The notes under the pieces: generated by a model | Databases searched by the model: none | What the model saw: the letters and a program-made list of their open reading frames with translations, nothing else | Told to the model about the DNA's origin: nothing | In this document: positions 1 to 12,240 of the stretch, one piece after another | Layout of the letters: every line of letters starts with the position of its first letter | How positions within the stretch are numbered: position 1 is the first letter of the stretch | Made by a program: the position numbers and the translations under genes | Source of the DNA: Mustelus asterias | Taxonomy: Eukaryota | Reading direction: 5' to 3' | Assembly: GCF_964213995.1 (NCBI RefSeq) | Contig: NC_135816.1 | Span: 38,192,001-38,256,000 of the forward strand | Length of the DNA: 64,000 bases

Positions 1-960
1 AAGTGGAAAGAATCTCTCCACCTCTACCCTATCCAGCCCCTTCATTATCTTATAGGTCTCTATAAGATCCCCCCTCAGCCTTCTAAGTTCCAATGACTAC
101 AAACCCAATCTGCTCAGTCTCTCCTCATAATCAACACCCCTCATCTCTGGTATCAACCTGGTGAACATTCTCTGCACTCCCTCCAAGGCCAATATATCCT
201 TCCACAAATAACGGGACCAATACTGCACACAGTATTCCAGCTGCAGCCTCACCAATGCATTGTACAGATGCAGCAAGACATCTCTGCTTTTATATTCTAT
301 CCCCCTTGCGATATAGGCCAACATCCCATTTGCCTTCTTGATCACCTGTTGCACCTGCAGACTGGGGTTTTGCGTCTCATGCACAAGAACCCCCAGGTCC
401 CTTTGCACAGTAGCATGTTGTAATTTTTTTCCATTTAGATAATAATCTAATTTGCTATTATTTCCTCCAAAGTGAATAGCCTCGCATTTGTCAACGTTAT
501 ACTCCATCTGCCAGACCCTCGACCACTCACTCAGCCTGTCCAAATCTCTCTGCAGACCTTCTACGCCCTCCACACGATTCACTTTTCCACTTATCTTTGT
601 GTCGTCTGCAAACTTTGTTACCCTACACTCAGTCCCCTCCTCCAGATCGTCTATATAAATGGTAAATAGTTGAGGCCCCAGTACCGATCCCTGCGGCACG
701 CCACTAGTTACCATCTGCCAACCAGAAAAGCACCCATTTATTCCGACTCTCTGCTTCCTGTCAGATAGCCAATCCCCAATCCACGCTAACACCCTACCCC
801 CAACTCCATGTGACCCAATCTTCTTCAGCAACCTTTTGTGAGGCACCTTATTAAACGCCTTTTGGAAATCCAAAAACACCACATCCACCGGTTCCCCTGT
901 CAACCGCACTAGTCACATCTTCATAAAAATCCAACAAGTTCGTCAAGCACGACTTTCCCC
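1..960 (-). mobile_element. CR1 LINE 3' part (RT)
   Basis: ORF 97..909: FLDFQKAF, GVPQGSVLGP, KFADD, RDLGV, LEYCVQYW. Confidence 0.92.
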
Positions 961-1432
961 TCATACAGCTCAGCAAGAGGCCCTTTGGCCCATACTGTTT
1001 GTGCTTGCCATCAACCACTTCTCTCTTCTAATCCCATTTCCAGCACATGGTCCATAGTCTTGTATGTGCTCATCAGAATGCTTCTTAAATGTTATGAGAG
1101 TCCCTGTCTCTACCACCATCTTGAGCAGTGTGTTCCAGATTCCTACCACCCTCTGGGTGAAAAAGGTTTTCCTCAGATCCTCTCTAAATCTCATGTCCCT
1201 TACTTTAAATTTATGTCCCCTGCTTATTGACTCATCTACTAAGAGAAAAAAAAGTTTCTTCCTATCTACCCTCTCTATGTCCCTCATAATTATTTACACC
1301 TCAAGCAGGTCCCCTTCAGTCTTCTCTGCTTTAAGGAAAACAAGCCTGGCCTCACCTCATAGCTGAAACGCTCCAATCCAGGCAATATCCTGATGAATCT
1401 CCTCTGCACCCTTTCTAGTGCAATCACATCCT
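961..1432 (-). mobile_element. CR1 LINE 3' end fragment
   Basis: ORF 970..1287 SRGHKFK...FFTQRVVGIWNTL, the typical CR1 ORF2 C-terminus. Confidence 0.85.
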
Positions 1433-2189
1433 TGGACCTTCAGAAGATGAGATTAAAATCCTGGAAGTGGGCCATTGCCAATGCCTTTCAAATTGGTAAT
1501 TGAATTGGTAATTCAAGCGAAGCCCAGAAGATCGAAGAAGGCAGCTGAAAGTTGGTCACTCTATTCTGTGGGCTGTTGGGACTGTAGTACCCCTTTGGAG
1601 CAGTAGTGTTTTGTTCAGCGTAGCTGAAGAGCTGAAGTTGTGCTTGTAAGTTGATGTTTAAGTGTACTCAGAAATCCAGAAAATGGGAGACAAGATTGAA
1701 ACCCCATGAGGTGGGCTGTTGTTGAAGCCATCTGAGTTGGAGTGATTTTTGGGGAGAGTTCCAAGGTGTGATCTTCAAAAGTGAAGATTTGAAGCCTTTG
1801 TGGGAGAGATAGAGACAGAATTTCAGTGAGAATGGTTGACTCAGTGTTCCAACGTTTGGATGGGTTGTTGAAAAATCCATGGACACTGTCTTGGTTGCAT
1901 CTGCCATTTATTGCGCAATGTAGTGTGTTCAACTAGGTCACTTATTACTTCATATGTACCTCATTTAAGCTTGAATGTTAGAGCATAAGATAGATATTGT
2001 AAATTGTTTCATCTTTCTGACCTTGTATAGTAAAGTTTATTATTGTTTGTTCGAAATCTGTGGAATCTTGTGGCTTTTTTCACTAAGCAAGTGCCTTAAA
2101 TCTCACACTTTGTCTACTTTAAACAAAATATTATTGGTTCCTAACTGGATCTCACTAACAACTTGGAGGTCTGGCCAAAGATCGTAATG

Positions 2190-2520
2190 TGCCATTTGTG
2201 TTGCCCGCTGTGGCCTGCAAGCCACCATTGGCAAAGAAATAGAGCATCGCTGTAATCTTGAGAGCCAAGCTCACACGGGGTGCCCAACAAGTCCATATGG
2301 TTGCATGTCTTGATGAATGTATCTTGGTGACCATTTCCCAGACGTCTCTGATGCTGCCTGCTGTTGGTCTTGAGGCATCGGTCATTGGACAATATGATCT
2401 TGCCTTTGCATTCTCTCTTCGTGCTCCTGAAATCAGGTGAATGAGACCAACGGTTATGGTAGTCATTTCACAGCGAGGAGGGTAAACATATGTTGAAAAC
2501 ATGCTTGATCATGGTTCTCA
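2190..2520 (-). pseudogene. Probable PIF/Harbinger (HARBI1-like) transposase N-terminal relic
   Basis: Minus-strand VSLALKITAMLYFFANGGLQATAG resembles the Harbinger HTH region (K-V-T-x-A-L-x-F-x-A-x-G-x-x-Q); degenerate. Confidence 0.45.
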
Positions 2521-3092
2521 TCCATTTAACTAATTATTAGGGAGCCCTTTTAATGTACCCAGAATGAACTCCACACATCCAATAACAACCCTCCTGCTTC
2601 AATCTCCAATCTTTGTAACTGAACATGTATTTTCAGTGAGCCACAAACAATGGTGCATGTTATAATCTAAACCTTATCCTATACTTTGTGTGGGGTCTGT
2701 GGACTGCTTGCTAAAAGGACTGTAACTTTGTGGAGAGTGCAATGGGTGAAAAGTATACAAAGGGAATGTTACTTTCTATTGTGTAAAGTATAAACTGCCT
2801 ACAAAAAGAAAATAGTGTTTAGTCAATGGTGCTTTTTGTCATTTGTTACAGTAAAAGTTTTAAAATGTGAAATCTTGACATGTCATTCTTTAAGCTATTA
2901 ACTGGAGGTTTAAATTTATTTTTAAACATTATTGGCCGCTACAGAGATCATAACAATGTAACCCTGCAACTAACAACCTAAATAGAATTTTCTGTGTTAC
3001 AATTGTTTGTAGATTTGTAGTTTATTATGAGTGGTCCAATACAGCACTTAATTTTTTTCAAATTTTTGTTTTATTAAAATCTTTTAGAACTA

Positions 3093-4945
3093 TGTAGAAT
3101 GTTGTGTGATCCTCAAATCACCGACATCAAAGACTTCCAACAAAGGTAGTTTATTTCTCAGTTCAACAGCCACATACAATACTTGTGCCTTGCCTGAGAT
3201 CCTGGGGTATGTAGCGTGTCATCATGTTCTCACATGACCACTCGGTCTACATCTTCCCCATTTAGTTGAGACACCTGGTGGCATGAGATGCAACAGTGTG
3301 CGCCATAGAAAATTATGTAAAGACCATTGTGTAACATGCAATAAAACAAACTGATAATGGACATCTAATTACACATATATATTGAGGCACAGATCATCCC
3401 GTACCAACTGGTGCATAGCCCTTCCTTTCACCTCCACGCCCCCTCCCCCCTCCCACCCTTTTCTGTTGGAAAGAAAGTTGAACTTCAAAAGTCAATTAAA
3501 GGCTAAGTGGTAATAAAGTCCTGGAATTTTGTATTCAGCCTGCTCAGGCACCCTGAGCATGTGATTACACTGGTAGATGGTGTTGTGGCCTTTCTGTGAC
3601 CAGTGTTCTCACTGGTAGCAGCATGGGACTTTTCATCTCAGTGTTCATGAGGTGCAAGAGTAGCTGCATTGGCTTCTGTCAGAATCTGCACGTCTGCTGG
3701 TGCAGGGGGCTGGTGCCAGAGGCTGGCTGACTGTAGTGGTGTGTTATCTGTTGGTGCTGGTTCTGCTACATGCAGAAAATGACGGCGATTGCTCGTCATA
3801 TGCTAAAAATTGCAAAATTCAGTGACAATGAATTGGCGAGCGTCGTCTGTCACGAGTCTCTGTGGGATGCCATGTGTAGCGACGTGTCTCTTAAGCTTCC
3901 TCATTACTGTTTTACTCATCATGTTTGGCAGGTAGTTGAGTTCAAACCACCCGGAATACGAATCAACTAAGACTAAATGTTGTTTACCATTTCACTCAAA
4001 GACGTTGGTTGCTGTGAATGCCCATGGGAGATCCGGAACCTCATGTAAATGCAATGGTTCCTTTGCTTGACATGACTTACGTGTATTGCATGGTGCGCAT
4101 CTGGAGATTTCCTTTTCCATGTCTGTATATATGGAGTCCGAATACAGTGATTCCTTGACCCTGTATCTGGATGCTTCCAACCCAAGGTGCCCTTGATGCA
4201 GTTATTGTGTGCAGTATCTCTGTAGAGCAGTACGGATGACAAATCACTGACAACACAGTATTAGTCCATATTGTATGAATGGTCAGCTCATGTCTGATGG
4301 CAAAGAATGCGGAGCTTGTGAAGTTCCCTTGAGGGTTCTGGCCGACTCCTGATGATGACGTTGTATAGTTGCCTGCATATGATCTCTGCCTGTAAAGCCT
4401 GTTTGAGTTCCTTAATTTGCGAGAAGACAACACCTCTATTGCCATAATGTCGATGTCTTCCTCATGATCCACCTCATCTGTGGTGGGTAAGAAAGCTCTG
4501 GAACGGGCATCAGTCAAGTACAGATCATTGCCACATTTGTAGGCAATACTGAGGTTGTAGCATTGCAACTTTAGCATCATGCATTGCAGCCATGCAGACA
4601 CAGTGTGGAGAGGCTTCTTTAAGATAGTTATGAGTGGTGATCTGTTTCAACCATTGCAGGGAGACCATATATGCAATCATGAAATTTCTGTCAGGCGGAG
4701 ACTAGAGCAAGAAGTTCCTTTTCGATCTGTGCATAGTGAGTATCAGTGTCAGTGAGAGCCCTTGAAGGAAAGGCTATTGGTCTGCCATTCTGGATGCAGA
4801 CTGCACCAAGTCCATGTTGATATGGGTACAGGTGCTTGAACATCAAAGTATTGTAATAACGGTAGGGTTGCGAGTGCTTGTTTGAGTCTGTTGAAGGCCG
4901 CTGTGCGGTACTTTGACCAGCACCATTCAATGTCCTGGTCTAGCA
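3093..4945 (-). mobile_element. Degenerate Gypsy pol relic (RNase H / integrase) with possible LTR at the left end
   Basis: GLGAVCIQNGRPIAFPSRALTDTDTHYAQIEKELLA, ETDHQPL; multiple frameshifts. Confidence 0.8.
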
Positions 4946-5029
4946 TGATTAAGTAAGAGATTGTTCACTGAATCATTTTGAATTACACCAATGACTATGT
5001 CTAGATTGGAACAATCAATAAATTAGGTT

Positions 5030-7050
5030 TACTGCTCGCGAAGAGGGTTTAAGATTAGTGATTATTTGAAAAGCTCTTGAGAGGTTAAAAAAGCTTTTGT
5101 GATTAAGGGTAGATAAATATTGTCTTCAATTTTGTGTAAAATATTGGTATCGATTATCAGGAGTAATCCTGAAGATTATCTATCAAACAGCCAACACATC
5201 TTTTACAGGCAGGATCCTGACTAACTAATGTCTTTGATTTATTTAAGGAAGTGATAGGCCCAGTGTTGTGTATCTAGATTTCCAAATGCATATGATAAAA
5301 TTTCATGCAATAGGTTACTAGATTTTCCTCAAAACTGTGAGGAGATTCAGGGTAAGACTTGGGAATGGTTAAGTAATTTGCTGATAAAAAGGAATAACAA
5401 ATACTTTGTTAGAGGGGTCAAGTGGGAAGTACTGAATGGGATGCAATAGAGTTGATGTTGGGGGAACTACTGTTTCTAATTTACGACATTAACTTTGATT
5501 GAGAGCCTCAATGTAAATTGTTCAAATTTGCAGATGATACCAAACCAGGAAGGAGAGTGGAATCTAAGGAGGCTGCCATAAATTACAGAATACGTTAAAA
5601 CATATGAGTAAGTAGAACAATGGTAGATAACATTTTAATGCAATAATGTCAACTGCTGAATAAACAAAGGGAAAATGCAAACTCCACCACATTCTCAAAG
5701 GAATTAGGAATGAGAATAAATGCCAGCCTTGCTAACAACACTCTTACCCCAAGAATCATATTCAATTGGTCATGCCTCTATTCCATGAAAGGTATTGAAA
5801 TGACTAAAAGATTAAGTTGATAGGAGTCTAGAGTTTTAGTGTATTTGATTTTTAGTATGTCAAGCCAATGCAGAGTGGCAAAGAATAATATCAGCATATT
5901 GAATTACATGGCCAAAACAGAAATATAAAGTTAGAGGAAGTTGAGATCCAATTGTCAATGCCCTGGTCAGATCATATCTTGAATATTGTTTCCAGTTGTG
6001 ATCACAGTTAAACAGGAGAGACATTCAAATTCAAGAAGCAGTGTAGAGCAGAACCATGAGACTGATCTCTTGCGTCAGAGTCAAGATTAGAGGGAAGGAC
6101 TGGGGAGAATTTGGCTTTCCAGCTTTAAAGTAAAGCAAAAGGTAAACACATATTTATTTAAATTATTGTGACAGTATTCAAATTAGTGGGAGATACATTT
6201 ACTCATGATGACGTTGTATAGTTGCCTGCATGTGATCTCTGCCTGTAAAGCCTGTTTGAGTTCCTTAATTCGCCGAGAAGACAACACCTCTATTGCCATA
6301 ATGTCGATGTCTTCCTCATGATCCACCGCATCTGTGGTGGGTAAGAAAGCTCTGGAGCGGGCATCAGTCAAGTACAGTTCATTGCCACATTTGTAGGCAA
6401 TACTGAGGTTGTAGCATTGCAACTTTAGCATCATGCATTGCAGCCATGCAGACACAGTGTGGAGAGGCTTCTTTAAGATAGTTATGAGTGGCTGGTGATC
6501 TGTTTCAACCATTGCAGGGAGACCATATATATAATCATGAAATTTCTGTCAGGCGGAGACCAGAGCAAGAAGTTCCTTTTCGATCTGTGCATAGTGAGTA
6601 TCAGTGTCAGTGAGAGCCCTTGAAGGAAAGGCTATTGGTCTGCCATTCTGGATGCAGACTGCACCAAGTCCATGTTGATATGAGTACAGGTGCTTGAACA
6701 TCAAAGTATTGTAATAACGGTAGGGTTGCGAGTGCTTGTTTGTCCGTTGAAGGCCACTGTGCGGTACTTTGACCAGCACCATTCAATGTCCTGGTCTAGC
6801 ATGATTAAGTAAGAGATTGCTCACTGAGTCATTTTGAATTACAATGATGTCTAGATTGGAACACATTTAGCACTGAACCCTGAAAGTTTAATTCACACAG
6901 AGTGACCAACACTTAGAATAGTGGAGGCAAAATTCAGGGATCATTTAAAAAACAATTAAAGTGGCAATGACGGAATGGTAGGTTTCTTCTGGATGAAAGA
7001 AATAAGATGAGCCAGTTGATTTTCCTCATCTAGAGATGATATGATTTAAC
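5030..7050 (+). mobile_element. Old degenerate CR1-like LINE, interrupted by the 6205-6863 duplicate
   Basis: tatctagattttccaaatgcatatgataa (YLDF..AYD) and ttcaaatttgcagatgatacc (KFADDT) remnants. Confidence 0.65.
6205..6863 (-). repeat. Near-identical duplicate of 4352-5013 (Gypsy RNase H relic plus flank)
   Basis: Sequence is directly alignable with few substitutions and indels. Confidence 0.92.
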
Positions 7051-9162
7051 TATATTATGCAGAATTGCCTTGATTCTGCAGTTGTTCAGCATTTCTTAGG
7101 GAAGCAATGTTTATCCACAGATGAGGCTGTTCTGCTGGGTGGCAAGGCTTGAGTGACAGCTGTATTTGGGATTCATTTAGTGAATGTGGCTGTACTGCCT
7201 TCTCTGTGTGAGAAAGTCCCCAGGAACCTTTAACATATATATGTGGTTTCACCCCCCCCCCCCCAACAAAATTTGAAGGACATGGTATTGTCCCACTTTA
7301 ACCATGTGAAAGTAGATATCACAGGATGATGTCACTAACTTGTTAAAGTTTCTTGGAATAATTCATGACTTTAACAGTCGTTGTAATTCTTCAACGACAG
7401 CTATATGAAGAGGAAGTCCTGTTGCATTTTCTTGTGCTATTATGGTATATTATACTATTTGTTTTGGGGTGATTCTACACCATGTACCTAAAAGATTTTG
7501 CTGAATTTTCTCAGATTTTAAATATCACCCCAATCACCAAATAACTGCCAGATTTACCAACTAATGTGATTTTTTTTAACTTTTGGGATTTTCTGAAGTC
7601 TTGGACGGTGTACTTGTGTTTCTTTCAGCTGTTTGGAAATATCTAGTGTGGTCTGAGGCATTTTCTCATTTCTAAGATACACAATCATTAACTAAATTAC
7701 AGTGATAATTAAACTGAGTCCTTAGCCTACTGCTTTCTCCTGTGTATTCAAATAGTATTGAGTTTTCCAGCAGGCTAAGAGTTAATAAAACAAGGTGTTT
7801 AGAATGTCTATTTTTACAAAACAAAAAGGAATCAATGTGTAATTCCTGCTGATTTAGAAAGTGACCTTTGGTGCAAATTGTTCAACCTGCACCAAAGGGT
7901 ATAAATCTAATTTTACCCTTACCAAAGAACCTAAGTTAAACAACTCTCAAAAAGTTATGCAATTTTGTCTTTTTTTAAAGTGATATCTTTTGTGGCTTAT
8001 TCATTTTAAACATGTTCATGTTTGTAATGCAAAACATTGTTCACATGATTTAGGAAGAATTGAAAACTATAATACAGATAAATATTGATTAGATATATTG
8101 ATTTATTCAAAACTGCCATCAAGAACATTGTATGACAATATTAGTCAACTGAGAACACAATTTTTCAGGCAATATTATTGGCAATTGCTTCTGATCTAGT
8201 GTAAACAGGAAACTATTTATAATTTACTATCTCTACAGCGGGATTTTATATTGGCTGCTCATGTGATGTCTGCATTCAAATTTTCAAATGAATTCATCAG
8301 TATTTAGGCAAAGTGATCTGGACTCCATTTCAGTTTTAGACCAGATCTTAACATACAAATGGTTTAGGCTGATACAAGACTTCTTCCTTCACTGAGGAGA
8401 AAGAGCCTGAAAGTTTTCCTGGAGGAATTGGTGCTCAAGAAAATGCTTATTTTGAGGTCATAGGGGCACTTTCCTAACAGAGCTACTGTGCAGCAGGTTG
8501 ACTAATTGTGTGACCATGAGTCTCCTCTGTATCACTTATGGAAACAAATGTGAAAATGAGGAAGAGTGCCAATGTAAGGGAAGCAAGTTACTAGTCAAAT
8601 TTAGGCTGTATTATGCATACACCAAGTACACAGCCAGAGTCCACTGACACAACTATAATGCAGTTGGCAAAGTCCTGACCCTCAACTCTCACTTTCTAAA
8701 TACTCTAACGATATGAAGTTATACCTTCTACTTCCTTTCACTGACACAACTTAGCATGTTTTCTCATCAGCTCACTATACGATTCCAAGAATTATTTGTA
8801 TATGTCCAGTTCACCCTTTTATATGAGATGAATCACAGTCTGTTGGTTAGGGTATTCCTTGTGCTTAAATGATCTCTTTAGTCTCTGTTCAAAGGAAAAA
8901 ACTGTATTTAAACATTAGTAGAGAGCTGGTGTTGACAGAGCTAACTTGAGGATAACGCCCTCTAAATAAGTAATGCAGACGCAACCAAAAAAATGGATGA
9001 GGATAGGACGTAGTGATTTTGTACCAGTCAAAAAAGTTAAGAGTTTGCATCTACTTCATCTTGCTAGCACCTAATGCCACATCTGTCTTCAAATGTGGAG
9101 TTGTGGGAAAGTTGGGCATGGATTTGTGAGGTGACAAAAATGTGTTTGCCATTTTGGACTCC

Positions 9163-9444
9163 AAGTTTATTTATTAGTATCACAAGTAGGCCTACATTAA
9201 CACTGCAATGAAGTTACTGTGCAAATCCCCTAGTTGCCACACTCCAGCGCCTGTTCAGGTACACTGTGGGAGAATTTAGCATGGCCAATGCAACTAACCA
9301 GCACGTCTTTCGGACTGTCGGAGGAAACTGGAGCACCCGGAGGAAACCCACGCAGACACAGGGAGAGCGTGCAAACTCCACACAGACAATGGCCCAATCT
9401 TGGGTCCCTGGCACTGTGGGGGAGCAGTGCTGTGCCACCGTGCT
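9163..9444 (-). mobile_element. HE1-like tRNA-derived SINE
   Basis: Shared body GGAGGAAACTGGAGCACCCGGAGGAAACCCACGCAGACACAGGGAGA with the other copies in the window. Confidence 0.85.
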
Positions 9445-11497
9445 GAAGCTTTCACATGGACTATAGAGGCTAGGAGATTTGCTTGAGAAGGCCTTGCTAA
9501 TAGTATTCATACAAATTAGTTTTCAAGGGTCTGTCCCCACACAGGTCCTTTGGCATTCACAAGTCACAGCAAATGGTTGGGAGATAGAAAGGAAACATGT
9601 GGACTTGATCTCTAAGACCAAGAACCCATCTTCCCCTTAGGGAATTGCAAAAGCAAAATATATGTAACAAGAGTAGACATATATTGAAATGCTGGAAGTA
9701 CTGACATGGACAACTCATAGTCTAGCAGAAATGGGGTTTGTACAATAGGTAACTTAGAAGTAAACATATTTACTTCTCCCAGTGAAATGTCTCCTAGTAG
9801 AGAATACACACCCTATCCTATCACCAAGGGCAAGCATCTGGGAGGCCAATAATGTTGCAGAAATAGGGAAAAAAACATTTTTGCACCTTACTTGGGTTGT
9901 TTGATAATGATTAGTTGGTCAGAAAGGACATATGAAAGTTGATGTTGGATAAAGGTGGTAATGCAGATGGAGGGCATTTGATCAGGGCAATTAGATTTGG
10001 GTGAACATAGATCTGTTCTTGTAGGAGCTGAAGGTTACCTTTTAACTGATAATGTTAATCATGTCATGATGAATCAGACTGTCTAAATAGGCAACTGCCT
10101 TGGCCAGTTCTTTCTCATAAAGAACATAAAAATTTGGAGCAAGAGTAGGCTATTTTTGCAGATTCTTATGGCAGAATTTTAGCCGTGGTGCAGAACAGGA
10201 AGTGGGCACAACTTCCACTGTCTTGCATTTTGCTGGTTCCCACGCAATTACAATTAAAATCTAAGGTGCCAGAGGCAAGCATGAGACTCAGGTGTGACCA
10301 CAGGGCAAGGGAAGCTTTGCAGTGTGAAACCTGCTGTTAGCTGACAATGCAGCAGCTATGGACAGACTGCAAAAGAGCCTCCTAGACAAACAGGGAGGCT
10401 GTTCATTGTGACCACCAATATTTCACATTTGTTGCACGTTATTCATGTGTACACTATTGTTATTTTTATTTATATTATTTATCAGGACTAGTTTAGTCAG
10501 AGAACTAAATGTACTGGCATGTCTTAAGGTTGGCAGACATTGTTGTTTTTGGGAGTCAGGCTCATTTTATTGTGGAAGAAAAAATGTGTTTTTTGTGTTC
10601 ACTTTTAATTGAATGTTCACATCAGTGTTCAGTGTTGTGCTCGCCATGGCTGAACTTACAGGTTCAGCTTGCCCTCCCTTCTATGCATCGTAAAGAACAT
10701 TGTCTGAAATCGCTCTCAGAGGGGATAATTGAAATGTTGAGGTGACCTCAAAGCCCTGTAAGGACTCTGTCAACTAACACCCTGCGTTGGACTTGCATAG
10801 AGACAGTATGACACTACCCTTTAGTCCCTCTTTTTATTATCTTGACTGTTCCCACTACACTGCACCACATACAGGAAGCCAGACCCTTCCCCATTCTACC
10901 CCTCCATGCCCCCCACCCCATTCTCTGTCTTCCCTTGGATGCCTCATTAACCCCTCCATGCCTCTGACTGCACTTCATACCCTCCCTCACCACTGTCACA
11001 TGCTTACAGGTGTTTTGGATAAAGGTACTATGCTTGCAAGTAAGTTATTTCAAAAATTTGTGCAAAAGAATGGTATATGCCATGTGTGTACTGCACCATT
11101 TCATCTGGCTTCGAATAGTTTGGTGGAGCGAGCTGTTCAAACTCTGAAGAAGAGATTGAAGAGAATGGCAGGTGATACTCTGAGTACAAAGCTCTCAAGA
11201 TTTTTATTTCCGTATTGTATAATGCCACAATCCACAACTTTGCCCTTTCCAGTGGAATTGCTGTTTGGTAGAAGATCAAAGTCTCATCTGCATTCGCTTC
11301 ATCCAGATCTCAGAGCAAAAGTGAGCAGGAGACAAGAGAAACAGCAGGAGGGGCACGACTACCACGTCAAAGAGAGGCAGTTAACACCAGATGATCAGGT
11401 TTAGATCAGGAACTTTAGTAGTAACCAGAGGTGGTTACCAGGAATAATTTTAAAAGAATTTATCTTGCAACACGGAAGAGTTGTTTGCAGACACCAA

Positions 11498-11625
11498 GGG
11501 TGGGATTTTCCAGCCGTCCATACCCCAAAACCAGAAAATCCCACTTGAAATCAATGGATCTTTACATGGTCTGCCCCCCGCCCGCTGCAATTTCCGTGGC
11601 AGGCGGGACCGAAAAATTATGGTGC
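11498..11625. mobile_element. Short MITE-like element (GGGTGGGATTTTCC terminus)
   Basis: GGGTGGGATTTTCC start with internal inverted GAAAATCCCAC; interrupts the old integrase relic. Confidence 0.45.
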
Positions 11626-11849
11626 AAGATCTTGGGGGTGATTCTCCAATTTCGCTGCACTAATTTTTCAGCGCAGTGGGTTAGGAGAATCTCGCGGCGG
11701 CCAATGCGCAGGATTTGTGCATGTGTTCCTGTCTCATAGCGTCTCCCAGTGCCGGATTTCCAGCAGCATCATATCCACGCCGGGAATGAAGTCTCCGGGC
11801 TCGCTAGGCTCCTACCCCACCCTTGCCAGGAGTATTTCACTCCAGCGGG

Positions 11850-12178
11850 TGATGCGCGTTATCACACACGAGGCTTGAGATGCTCAGGAAATAAAGGCTT
11901 TTATTTGCTGTACAACGAAGCTACTAATTATATACACGATCCCAGACTGAGGGGTCCCAGACAGTGCAGAGACCTTTATACCTCTCCCAGGAGGCGGAGC
12001 CCGACTGGGATGTACCACAATAACTATAATACAAGGTGTAACAGCCCAACCCTAACCCCAACAGCAACAAGTAGAACAACCCATCCCTAACCCCAACAGC
12101 AACACATATACATACTTGTAGTACTGGCCAGACCCTGGCTCAGTACTATCTAGTGGGAACCAACGATGGTTCACCACA
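11850..12178 (-). repeat. 3' LTR of the Gypsy element
   Basis: Direct repeat of 16284-16612; preceded on the minus strand by a polypurine tract at 12179-12192. Confidence 0.95.
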
Positions 12179-12240
12179 TTCACCCCTCCTTTGAAGGCAA
12201 AGGCCGGCGGGGTACAAAAACAGAATAATTTGTCATCAGT

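Noticed and set aside
1432-2187. Possible LTR relic ending GATCGTAA (similar end at ~2945-2955)
   Set aside because: Boundaries and TSD cannot be defined by eye
11749-12090. ORFs 11749..12090 and 16309..16524 with near-identical peptides
   Set aside because: They are translations of the two LTRs, not genes
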